Assembly: GCA_049974095.1 (NCBI GenBank) | Contig: JBMFJD010000004.1 | Location: 1 to 32,000 of the forward strand | Direction: 5' to 3' | Length of the DNA: 32,000 nt | From: Nanopusillaceae archaeon | GTDB taxonomy: Archaea; Nanobdellota; Nanobdellia; Nanobdellales; Nanobdellaceae | Shown here: positions 1 through 8,237 of the stretch, one piece after another | Position numbering within the stretch: the first letter of the stretch is position 1 | Layout: each line of letters opens with the position of its first letter | Made by a program: the position numbers and the translations under genes | The notes under the pieces: model-generated | What the model was told of the DNA's origin: nothing | The model's input: the letters and a program-made list of their open reading frames with translations, nothing else | The model's database searches: none

Positions 1-93
1 CCATTCGTTTAACAAAAGAAGCAAAATTCCTACTCCAAAAGATAAAATGCCTAATAATAAGATCTCTTTATCTGAAAATTTCTTATTACTCAT
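1..93 (-). CDS. hypothetical membrane protein, N-terminal fragment (continues beyond the window start)
   Basis: The reverse complement of 1-93 starts with ATG (cat at 91-93). It reads MSNKKFSDKEILLLGILSFGVGILLLLLNEW with no stop before the window edge and contains a hydrophobic helix. I recognise no homology. Confidence 0.3.
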   Translation of the reverse strand, partial: MSNKKFSDKEILLLGILSFGVGILLLLLNEW

Positions 94-276
94 ATAATAT
101 ATTATATTAGATAATACTTTTCATAAAGATTTAGTTTTATTTGTTATAAACACATACTAGATTTAATTTTTTTTAATAAATAATCACACTAAGTTTGAAC
201 TAAAGCAGCAGGTTGAATCCTCTTACTGAGATAAAATCCTAATATTAAGTTAATATTAATTATCTGCGTAAATGCC

Positions 277-322
277 TTTTTGATTGATGTCGGATAATGT
301 TAGTTATACGACAAATATATAA
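277..322. repeat. hairpin-containing ~46-nt repeat, copy 1 (stem tgtcg-g-ataa / ttat-a-cgaca, loop tgttag, hairpin at 288-313)
   Basis: Bases 278-313 match the reverse complement of 7928-7963 at about 31 of 36 positions by manual alignment. Exact 11-mers tgtcggataat and gttatacgaca are shared. The element lies in a 344-bp non-coding gap upstream of the ORF at 438. Confidence 0.6.
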
Positions 323-437
323 CACAACTTATTAATACATCATAAATTTTTAGTCATATTTTTACTAAAAATATAATAGTTTAATCTAGATTAAATATTT
401 TGAAATATTCTATTCTAATTTGTAAAGAATTGTCATT

Positions 438-1589
438 ATGATATTGCAAATATCATTTAGTGGTTACGAGTATGAAAATATTTATAAAATGTTTATTGTA
501 TATAGATATATGAATACCAGATCAACAGATTTGGAAAAAATCCTAAACTCATATAAAGGATTATTCAAAAAAGTAACTAAATTGTATAATATGATAGAAA
601 AATTACAAATTTTATATGAAATATATGAAACTAAATTATTCAAAACTAATATTTCTCAAGAAAGAAAAATGCTAACTAACTTAACTTCTAAAATAATGAA
701 TGAAGATGATACAGAAGTACTTGGAACTATAATGGGATATCTATTATTTATTGAAAATACAGATAAAAATGAAAGAATAAAATATTATGAAATTGCAGAA
801 AAAACAAAAAGATATTTTCAAGAAATTATTTCAAAAGCAGGGTTATATAATATAATAAAAGATATTGATACAGATCCTACACCAATATATATTTCAGATC
901 TTTCAAAAATAAATAACAAGTTTGGAGGATTACACAAAGAAAACTTAATATTTATTAATAAAAATATCCTAGATAATTTAATTGAAGATTTGGATATATT
1001 AGAAAAGGCAAATTACGAAATTGAATTTGATAAAAAAATAGCTGATAAAATAGTATATAAGCTATACTCTATCCATGTTATTTTTCATGAACTAATTCAT
1101 CATTATAGATATAAGATGATCTCAGATGACAAAGAATATTACCAATTATATAATTCATATAGACTCTTCCTTAAAGAAAATGAAATTATAGATCCTGAAG
1201 AATTTGCTACTGAAGCACTTTCTCTTGTTTTATTATATGAAAGATTTAATGATATATTCAATAAAATAGTAAATATTGACAATACAAAAAAAGTGGGGAT
1301 GATAGAGTATTATACATTATTATTATTATCTACAAATCGTGGGGATCCATATAAATATGGCGATATTTTTGGTTACTTTTTAACATTATTAAAAAGAGAG
1401 TATAGAAAAGCATATCTTAAAAAATTACTGACAACCTATGAGTTAGATAGACTATATAATTTAGCTCAAAAACCCCTTGACAAATTTAATGGTAAATTTA
1501 GAGAAACATATGAAATCTTTTTAAAGGAATTTAAAGAAAAAGCTGGATATAATATTGGTGATATCTTAAAAATTAAATATAATCAATAA
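438..1589 (+). CDS. hypothetical protein with HExxH zinc-metallopeptidase-like motif
   Basis: This is a 383-aa ORF. It contains the motif IHVIFHELIHHY followed 33 residues later by PEEFATEAL (E-x-F-x-T-E), which could supply a third gluzincin-type ligand. I recognise no family. Alternative starts exist at Met18 and Met25. Confidence 0.5.
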   Translation: MILQISFSGYEYENIYKMFIVYRYMNTRSTDLEKILNSYKGLFKKVTKLYNMIEKLQILYEIYETKLFKTNISQERKMLTNLTSKIMNEDDTEVLGTIMGYLLFIENTDKNERIKYYEIAEKTKRYFQEIISKAGLYNIIKDIDTDPTPIYISDLSKINNKFGGLHKENLIFINKNILDNLIEDLDILEKANYEIEFDKKIADKIVYKLYSIHVIFHELIHHYRYKMISDDKEYYQLYNSYRLFLKENEIIDPEEFATEALSLVLLYERFNDIFNKIVNIDNTKKVGMIEYYTLLLLSTNRGDPYKYGDIFGYFLTLLKREYRKAYLKKLLTTYELDRLYNLAQKPLDKFNGKFRETYEIFLKEFKEKAGYNIGDILKIKYNQ

Positions 1590-1896
1590 AGAAATATAAA
1601 ATATTTAGAACATATGATAATTCATTATTAAATAACTAACAATCGCATTAAATAAATAAAATTATAAAAAATATTTAAAAAATCCGTTACTTAAATACAT
1701 ACTCTATTTCTAAAATTTCTTTATAGCCTTAAAAAATGTATAGAAAAGATATCTAGAAAAATAAATACACAGTAAATTATATGATATTAAATACCTAAGA
1801 AAAAATTTTATAATAAAGATAGGTCTTAAATAATATTCAGTTATTACATAAAAATGAATAATAAAAGGTTTAAATGATAAGGATGTCTTATCCTTT

Positions 1897-3537
1897 ATGG
1901 TTGATATTAATATTCTAATTGGTGGACAGGCTGGACAAGGAATTGATTTTGCTGCAGATATAATATCTAGAGTTTTTATTAGATTAGGATACAATGTATT
2001 TAGCTATAGATGGTACATGAGTTTAATTAGAGGTGGACATAATTATAATATTGTAACAGTATCGAAAGAAAAAATTTATTCATATTATGATAAAGATGTT
2101 GATTATATAATTGCATTCGATCAAAATACTGTAAATTTACATAAAAATAAATTAAAGGAAGACGGTATTATTTTTGGAGCAAAAAATATAATTTCTAATA
2201 GAAAAGTTGATGTAGATGTTCAATATTTTGAAAAGAAGTATAATATAAGTAAAAAATATGAAAATACAATTGTTTTAGTAGCATTTTTTAAATATTTAGG
2301 AATAGAAAAAGATATAGTAAAAGAAATATATGAAAAAAGAATAAAGGATCCTGAAGAATTAAAGATAATAGATTATGTTTATCAAGAATTCAATATAAAA
2401 GGTAAAGAAATTAAAAAGGAAGAATATAAGAAGCAATTTTATTTATCTGGATCTGAAGGAATTGCATTAGGAGCAATTGCAGCAGGATTAAATATTTATA
2501 TTGCATATCCAATGACTCCAGCTTCTCCAGTTTTACATATTCTAGCATCTTTAAGAGATAAATATGATATAATTACATATCAGCCAGATAATGAAATTGG
2601 AGCAATAAATATTGCTTTGGGAGCATCTTATGCTGGAGCAAAAGTAATGGTTGGATCTTCAGGAGGAGGTATTGATTTAATGGCAGAGGCAATTAGCTTA
2701 TCCGGTATGTCAGAGATCCCAATTGTAATTTATTGGGCACAAAGGTATGGACCTTCAACTGGTATGGCAACACATACGGACCAATCAGATTTATTAGAAT
2801 CATTATATATAGGACATGGTGAATTTCCAAAAATTGTTGTTGCACCTGGAGATCCTGCAGAAGCATTTGAAAGAACAATTGAAGCATTCCATTTTGCATA
2901 TAAATATAATACTCCTGCAATAATATTATCTGATCTATTTTTAGGAGAATCAAAAATAAACTTTGATAAAATATATGTCCCAAATATTGAAATATCAAGA
3001 TATATTGATTTAGATCCTCCTTTAGATTATAAAAATTATAAAATAAATGAAAAAGGATATCAATTAAGGGCAATACCTGGATTTAATGCAATTGTAAAAG
3101 CATGTTCATATGAGCATGATGAATATGGAATTGAAACAGAGGATCCTGTTATAGGAGAAAAAATGAGTAGGAAAAGATTAAAGAAAATGGAAGAAATTGA
3201 AAAAGAAGTAAAAGAATTTGATCCTTATAGAATATATGGAGACGGAAATAAATTAATAATATCTTGGGGATCAAATAAAATGCCAATATTAGAAGCATTA
3301 AAATATCTAAAAGGTTGGAAGTTCTTACAGATTTCCTATTTATCTCCATTTCCAAAAGAAATAAAATATTTAATTGAAGAAGCAAAAGAGACAGTAATAA
3401 TTGAACATAATTTAACAAGTCAATTAGGAAAATTAATTAGAGAAGAATTAGGAATTGAAATTGAAAATAAAATATTAAAGCATACTGGAGAACCATTTAT
3501 TCCTTTAGAAATTGTAGAAAAAATAAAAGAATTATAA
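1897..3537 (+). CDS. 2-oxoacid:ferredoxin oxidoreductase, fused gamma-alpha subunit (two-subunit OFOR/KorA-like type)
   Basis: The N-terminal ~180 aa (INILIGGQAGQGIDFAADIIS...LIRGGHNYNIV) look like the gamma domain. The remainder (YLSGSEGIALGAIAAGLNIYIAYPMTPASP...GSSGGGIDLMAEAISLSGMSEIPIV...YGPSTGMATHTDQSDL) looks like alpha domains I and II. Confidence 0.85.
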   Translation: MVDINILIGGQAGQGIDFAADIISRVFIRLGYNVFSYRWYMSLIRGGHNYNIVTVSKEKIYSYYDKDVDYIIAFDQNTVNLHKNKLKEDGIIFGAKNIISNRKVDVDVQYFEKKYNISKKYENTIVLVAFFKYLGIEKDIVKEIYEKRIKDPEELKIIDYVYQEFNIKGKEIKKEEYKKQFYLSGSEGIALGAIAAGLNIYIAYPMTPASPVLHILASLRDKYDIITYQPDNEIGAINIALGASYAGAKVMVGSSGGGIDLMAEAISLSGMSEIPIVIYWAQRYGPSTGMATHTDQSDLLESLYIGHGEFPKIVVAPGDPAEAFERTIEAFHFAYKYNTPAIILSDLFLGESKINFDKIYVPNIEISRYIDLDPPLDYKNYKINEKGYQLRAIPGFNAIVKACSYEHDEYGIETEDPVIGEKMSRKRLKKMEEIEKEVKEFDPYRIYGDGNKLIISWGSNKMPILEALKYLKGWKFLQISYLSPFPKEIKYLIEEAKETVIIEHNLTSQLGKLIREELGIEIENKILKHTGEPFIPLEIVEKIKEL

Positions 3538-3945
3538 TATTTTCTTTATTTTTTCATACATTTTTAATGAAAAATAATAAAATAATAATTTATAAGAATA
3601 TAAATCTGCTTTAATTTCTGTTAAAAATGATTCATTATCTTCTCCTTTATAATACTCAATAGCATGATAAAATTCATGAAATAAGACAGATAACTTTGAT
3701 AATTTACTCTTATTACAATCTCCTATTTTTATTATTACTCCAATAATTTTTTCTCTATCATATTCCTTAATTACAGTTCTATTTTCATATATAGGAATTG
3801 TTTTTCCCACAATAAATGATTTACAATAATTTTCATGTATTCCTAAAATAAATCCCGGTGGTATATTATGCTTTTTAAGCTCTTCTATAATTACTTTTTC
3901 AACATATTCATCTTTAACTATGTTATCTAAACTTGGTAGTAACAT
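3532..3945 (-). CDS. small putative metallopeptidase (HExxH), minimal gluzincin-like
   Basis: This is a 137-aa ORF with the motif VLFHEFYHAIEY followed by NESFLTEIKAD. That is the same HExxH plus E-x-F-x-T-E signature seen in the ORF at 438-1589. Its 3' end overlaps the OFOR gene convergently by 6 nt. Confidence 0.5.
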   Translation of the reverse strand: MLLPSLDNIVKDEYVEKVIIEELKKHNIPPGFILGIHENYCKSFIVGKTIPIYENRTVIKEYDREKIIGVIIKIGDCNKSKLSKLSVLFHEFYHAIEYYKGEDNESFLTEIKADLYSYKLLFYYFSLKMYEKIKKIL

Positions 3946-3976
3946 AAAATAAATTATTATTTTAACTTTATAAATT

Positions 3977-5272
3977 TTAATATAAAGTCTTTTCTATTAG
4001 ATTTTCCTCTTTTATACTTAATATTTTTGCCCTTAAATCAATTGGAGTAACATTTTCAACTTTTACTTTTATTGTTTTTCCCAAAATATTTTTATCTGAT
4101 TTTACAATTATTTGTTTATATGCATAATTCCTTGCAATCCATGTATTTTCATATTTTCCTTTTGATTCTACAATTGCGTATCCTTCCCATCCTAACCATA
4201 TTTTATTTCTTTCATATACATTTTTATTAAATACTTCTTTTAGTTTTCTTGATCTTTCTTTTATAATCTTTCCAGATAATGTTTTATATAATTTTACTGC
4301 TAATGTCTTCGGTCTTGGCCAATATTTTGACATATTTATTACATCAAATTTTACATTTTCTACCAATTCCAATGTTTTCTTAAAATCTTCTTCAGTTTCT
4401 GTTGGATATCCTACTATAATATCTGTTGCAATTGATGCTTCATAGAATTTTTTCCTTATTTTTTCAATTAATTCATAAAATTGTTCAATTGTATATCCTC
4501 TTCCCATTGTTTTTAATACATTATTTGAACCTGATTGAACAGGTAAATGGAAAAATTTAAATATATGTTCATTTTCATATCCTTTTAATAATTTATCAAA
4601 GAATTTATTCAAAATTCCCAGATTCGCCATTCCTATTCTAATATAATATTCTCCTTCAATATCTAATCCTAACAATAAATCTGCTAAATCCATATTTAGA
4701 TCATAACCATATGTTGCAAGATCTGTTCCTGTAAAATAAATTATTTTTAATCCTTTTTCTTTTGCATTTCTTACTTCTCTATAAATATATTCTGGAGGAT
4801 ATGATCTTGCATTTCCCCTTGCCAATTTTGTTGCACAATATAAGCAATTCCATAAACATCCTTCTTGTAAAATTATTATTTTTATTGGATATTGATCTAC
4901 AGATGGCAATAATAATTTATTTATATTTTTTCTATCTAACAGTTTATCAATTTTTCCATTTAATAAATCTTCTACAACTTTATCTACTTCATCTATATGA
5001 TCTAAACCAATTAAGGAATAATTTTCAAATAATTCTGGTTGATGTTGAACTAAACATCCTGCTAAAATTAATTTTTTATCTTTATATTTATTAACTAATC
5101 TTAAAGCATGATTTTCTGTTGGTCCTTTAACAGTACATGTATTAATAATTAATATTTCTGAATCATCAGGATTTTCTACAAATTCATATCCTTTATTTAT
5201 TAATATATTTTTCATTATTTCCCCTTCTGCTCTATTTAATGTACATCCTAATGTAATTATACTAAATTTCAT
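3977..5272 (-). CDS. radical-SAM methylthiotransferase, archaeal MiaB/MtaB (CDKAL1-like) family
   Basis: The N-terminal UPF0004-type domain reads MKFSIITLGCTLNRAEGEIM...LIINTCTVKGPTE. The radical-SAM cluster motif is GCLWNCLYC (CxxxCxxC). The C-terminal end is TRAM-like, and the 431-aa length is typical for the family. Confidence 0.85.
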   Translation of the reverse strand: MKFSIITLGCTLNRAEGEIMKNILINKGYEFVENPDDSEILIINTCTVKGPTENHALRLVNKYKDKKLILAGCLVQHQPELFENYSLIGLDHIDEVDKVVEDLLNGKIDKLLDRKNINKLLLPSVDQYPIKIIILQEGCLWNCLYCATKLARGNARSYPPEYIYREVRNAKEKGLKIIYFTGTDLATYGYDLNMDLADLLLGLDIEGEYYIRIGMANLGILNKFFDKLLKGYENEHIFKFFHLPVQSGSNNVLKTMGRGYTIEQFYELIEKIRKKFYEASIATDIIVGYPTETEEDFKKTLELVENVKFDVINMSKYWPRPKTLAVKLYKTLSGKIIKERSRKLKEVFNKNVYERNKIWLGWEGYAIVESKGKYENTWIARNYAYKQIIVKSDKNILGKTIKVKVENVTPIDLRAKILSIKEENLIEKTLY

Positions 5273-5277
5273 TAAAA

Positions 5278-5901
5278 TTAAAGATAATCAGATAATTTTT
5301 TATTTTTATATATTTCTAAATATTCTTTATATCTTTTCATTTCCTCTTCATTTAGTTCAATTTTAATTTCATCAATTCTTTTTACAGGTTTTAATTCATT
5401 ATAATAATTTATAACAATGTAATAAAATATATATTTTGATGCTACATTAAGGAAATGAGGAATTACTAAATATAAACCATCATCTGGTATATTATTATTT
5501 TTTACTCCATCCCAGAACATTATTTCTAATACCCTAATATTTATTCTTAAATTATTTAATTCTTTTACTTCTTTATTTTCTATTGATGAAAAATCTATAA
5601 AATAATTCATTTTTTTCATCCCTTCTTTTTCTAATTCTTCCGCTTTATTTTCCAACTTTATTATATATTTGAAATATTTTTCTATTTCTTCAGGTTTTGC
5701 TATTAATAAATATATATTTTGTAAAATAATCTTTATTATTTCTAAATATTCATCATTTATTTTTGGAAACTCATTTAATGTTTTTTCAATATATTCATAA
5801 AATAAAAATAAAGATATTGCCTTTGATTTTTTTATATAATCCTTTTCATTAATGCAATATGTATAAAAATGTCTTTTATCCAATTCATTTTTAGGATTCA
5901 T
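5278..5901 (-). CDS. hypothetical protein (all-helical, no recognisable family)
   Basis: The track ORF extends to 5961. I prefer the Met21 start (cat at 5899-5901, MNPKNELDK...) because the longer form would overlap the divergent gene that starts at 5937. Confidence 0.45.
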   Translation of the reverse strand: MNPKNELDKRHFYTYCINEKDYIKKSKAISLFLFYEYIEKTLNEFPKINDEYLEIIKIILQNIYLLIAKPEEIEKYFKYIIKLENKAEELEKEGMKKMNYFIDFSSIENKEVKELNNLRINIRVLEIMFWDGVKNNNIPDDGLYLVIPHFLNVASKYIFYYIVINYYNELKPVKRIDEIKIELNEEEMKRYKEYLEIYKNKKLSDYL

Positions 5902-5936
5902 AATATATTTTATTTTTTCTATCCTATAAATTAGAA

Positions 5937-6263
5937 ATGGATGATGAATATATAAAAACAATAGAAAAAATAATTGAAAATGATGAAGATTATATTAAAG
6001 TTATTAAGCATTTAAAGATTGCAAATGTAAATTATGCAAAAAATATATCAAAATATACAGGAATAGATATTAAAAAGGTTAGAAAGATATTAGAAGAGTT
6101 AAAAGAATTAAATATTGTTGAAGAATTACATAGTAAAACAGTTAAGAGAACTGTTGCAAAATTAAAAAAACAATTTCAAGTTAGAATGCATCATACTTAT
6201 TATAGATTAACTGATATAGGAAAACAAATATATAAAATATTGAGAGATAATGATAAAATCTAA
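5937..6263 (+). CDS. winged-helix DNA-binding protein (PadR/MarR-like)
   Basis: This 108-aa protein has an HTH-like segment NYAKNISKYTGIDIKKVRKILEELKELNIVEE. The wing-like HHTYYRLTDIGKQIYKIL resembles the xYYxLTxxG pattern of small archaeal wHTH regulators. Confidence 0.55.
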   Translation: MDDEYIKTIEKIIENDEDYIKVIKHLKIANVNYAKNISKYTGIDIKKVRKILEELKELNIVEELHSKTVKRTVAKLKKQFQVRMHHTYYRLTDIGKQIYKILRDNDKI

Positions 6264-6353
6264 TAATTTCTCTCATTTTTTAGTTGTTAAATTTTCTCAT
6301 TAAGCATTAAAACTTATAAAAATTTATAAAAATCTATAAATAAAATTTATATT

Positions 6354-7847
6354 ATGAAATCTATTTCTCCAATTATTTCTTCTATTTTAATTATAGTTAT
6401 TACTGTTGCAATTGCTGGATTATTTTATGCATGGACTACAGGTATGTTTAATTCATTAACTTCTTCTTCATCTTCTTATGTTCAAAGACAAGCAACATAT
6501 GTTTCATTTACTATTCCAAATATATATTGTTCTAATGGATTTCTATATTTTACTATTTATAATAATGGAAATATTCCTATTGTTCCAAGTAATATTATAC
6601 TAACTATTACTGAGAATTATAATACATATTTTATTAATGGATCTAATATTATTTGTAATAATAACATTATATCTTCAAATAGTCAAAATACTTGTTATGT
6701 AAATAATTCTTTATGTATTTATAATACTAATTTTGATATAAATCCATCTATTAGTATAACATATAACGGAGTAAATCAGAATCAGAATTTAGGATTAGGA
6801 TATATTATTATCCAATTTTCTTCTACTGTTCCTATAATTATAAATAATACTCAGAATATTTCTACTCCTGTACCTTTTCAACAAGATATTGCAATATGTA
6901 ATGGAAGTATAAGTTTTGGAAATAATTTTGCATATATAAATGATTCTACTTTATTTAATCAAATAAATCCAAATGGACAGAATGTATTGTTCTATAATAA
7001 TAATGGATTATTATATTCATGGTATGAAGGGCAAGATAATATTAATGGAACATTATGTGATGTATGGTGGATAAAATTACCTAATGGTATTTCTAATAAT
7101 ACAAATATAACAATTTATATGGGGATAGGAAATAATACAAATTATTATCAATTATTATATCCCTATGTAGGTATAAGTGCATATTGGTATTGTTATGAAG
7201 AAGGATATACTAATATGCCACAATGTCTAAACTATGGAGTATATGATAATGGACAGGATGTATTTAATTATTATTGGAATTTTGCAGGAACAAGTTTACC
7301 AAGTAGTCTATCTACTCTATTGAATGGAGGTACGGTTACAGTAAATAATGGAGTAACGCTTTCACCGGGAAATGCGGAAACAGATGTTTATTCTAATGTA
7401 GCTATTATAACCCCCACTGTAGTTGAAGCATATGTTGGATCAGTTTATAATTCGGATGCTGCTGTTTTCTTTTCAAAAAACGATATCAATTCTACACCAT
7501 CTTCTGGAGCAAATATATACAATGGATACATTGGAGGATATGCAGCAGGTCCCAAAACCGCTCAACTATGGAAAGATGTAAATGGAATATATTATCCTTT
7601 AGTTACAGGCTCAGGTTTTTCATCCCCCCAAATTATTAGTTTATATTGGGGAGGAAATGGAAATGAATATGTGACTTTCAATTATATTAACAACCTAAGT
7701 AGCACGGATAATACATTCTCAGTTGGTTCTTATTTAGTAGGTTTAACTACATATAACCACGGAACTTCTCCATACGCTACTTTTTATTGGCTTAGAACAT
7801 GTATGTACTCACCAAATGGAGTTATGCCTTCAATATATATAGGGTAA
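6354..7847 (+). CDS. type IV pilin-like (class III signal peptide) protein fused to a DUF2341-like and LamG/concanavalin-like C-terminal region; Asn-rich with many N-x-S/T sequons
   Basis: The N-terminus MKSISPIISSILIIVITVAIAGLFYAW matches the archaeal pilin/flagellin-N-terminal-like pattern (K-[GS]-ISP followed by a hydrophobic helix). CDVWWIKLPNGISNNTNITIYMGIGN resembles the DUF2341 core. The C-terminal FYWLRTCMYSPNGVMPSIYIG resembles the usual end of the associated LamG-like domain. The first ~90 aa are paralogous to the ORFs at 8238-8738 and 8796-9329. Confidence 0.7.
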   Translation: MKSISPIISSILIIVITVAIAGLFYAWTTGMFNSLTSSSSSYVQRQATYVSFTIPNIYCSNGFLYFTIYNNGNIPIVPSNIILTITENYNTYFINGSNIICNNNIISSNSQNTCYVNNSLCIYNTNFDINPSISITYNGVNQNQNLGLGYIIIQFSSTVPIIINNTQNISTPVPFQQDIAICNGSISFGNNFAYINDSTLFNQINPNGQNVLFYNNNGLLYSWYEGQDNINGTLCDVWWIKLPNGISNNTNITIYMGIGNNTNYYQLLYPYVGISAYWYCYEEGYTNMPQCLNYGVYDNGQDVFNYYWNFAGTSLPSSLSTLLNGGTVTVNNGVTLSPGNAETDVYSNVAIITPTVVEAYVGSVYNSDAAVFFSKNDINSTPSSGANIYNGYIGGYAAGPKTAQLWKDVNGIYYPLVTGSGFSSPQIISLYWGGNGNEYVTFNYINNLSSTDNTFSVGSYLVGLTTYNHGTSPYATFYWLRTCMYSPNGVMPSIYIG

Positions 7848-7918
7848 TATTCTCTAACGTTTGTTACCTAAAAGATATAAGGATAATATAATTTAGCATC
7901 TCTCTACTTTTCTATATT

Positions 7919-7964
7919 ATTATATTATGTCGTATAACCAAGATTATCCGACACAAACCAAAAT
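7919..7964. repeat. hairpin-containing ~46-nt repeat, copy 2 (inverted relative to copy 1; hairpin at 7928-7953)
   Basis: The sequence tgtcgtataaccaagattatccgaca has the reverse complement tgtcggataatcttggttatacgaca. Its stem is identical to copy 1 and its loop differs. It lies in the 390-bp gap between the convergent pilin-like genes. Confidence 0.6.
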
Positions 7965-8237
7965 ATTATATTACTTTTGTAATTATTCAAAATTTTTATT
8001 ATAATATACTCCAGATTAAGCCTTTCATTTTTTTATAAAAATTTTTACCACTATTAGATTATAAATCTTATAAATATCTAGAAAAATACAATGCTGTTAA
8101 GTTATAAAACAAATCCTTATTATCCATGAAATTAAATATATTAAACATGAATTAAAAAACTAAATCTAGGAATAAAAAACAGTAGAATATATAAAAAAGT
8201 ATTATAAAAAGAAGAATTATTAAAATTATATAAGAGA

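Noticed and set aside
209-222. The sequence caggttgaatcctc resembles a tRNA T-arm. I considered a split-tRNA half gene of the kind known in Nanoarchaeum.
   Set aside because: Only a 3-bp stem (agg/cct) can form. There is no acceptor or anticodon half nearby and no flanking GC-rich complementary leader.
1876-1892. A hairpin gataag-gatgt-cttatc lies immediately upstream of the OFOR ATG. I considered it a possible translational control element.
   Set aside because: The stem is only 6 bp and mostly A/T, so it is unlikely to be stable in a presumed hyperthermophile. It has no second copy and nothing to assess conservation against.
1710-1994. A 94-aa minus-strand ORF spans the OFOR upstream region and start.
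   Set aside because: The sequence is low-complexity and Ile/Phe/Tyr/Lys-rich. It overlaps the well-supported OFOR start and shows no homology signal. It is probably a chance ORF.
2693-3418. Two minus-strand ORFs (2693-3073 and 3149-3418) lie inside the OFOR gene.
   Set aside because: They are antisense shadows of a strongly supported gene. Their Leu/Gln/Ile-rich low-complexity translations are typical of the reverse frame of AT-rich coding sequence.
4762-5094. A + strand ORF lies inside the MiaB/MtaB gene.
   Set aside because: It is an antisense shadow ORF with a low-complexity translation. The opposite strand carries clear radical-SAM motifs.
6264-6353. Tandem TATA-like repeats (cttataaaaatttataaaaatctataaataaaat) and a repeated ttctcatt motif lie upstream of the large pilin-like gene.
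   Set aside because: They are plausibly just promoter sequence in an extremely AT-rich spacer. Such strings arise easily by chance here, so I made no specific call.
7200-7847. There is an intragenic GC jump in the large pilin-like gene, from about 15-25% GC in the 5' two-thirds to about 30-43% in the 3' third by hand counts. I considered this as possible evidence for a horizontally acquired C-terminal domain.
   Set aside because: Conserved housekeeping genes here, such as ftsZ around 29041-29100, reach similar GC values. The shift is more simply explained by amino-acid constraint (a Gly/Ala/Pro/Thr-rich folded domain versus an Asn/Ile-rich linker) than by foreign origin.
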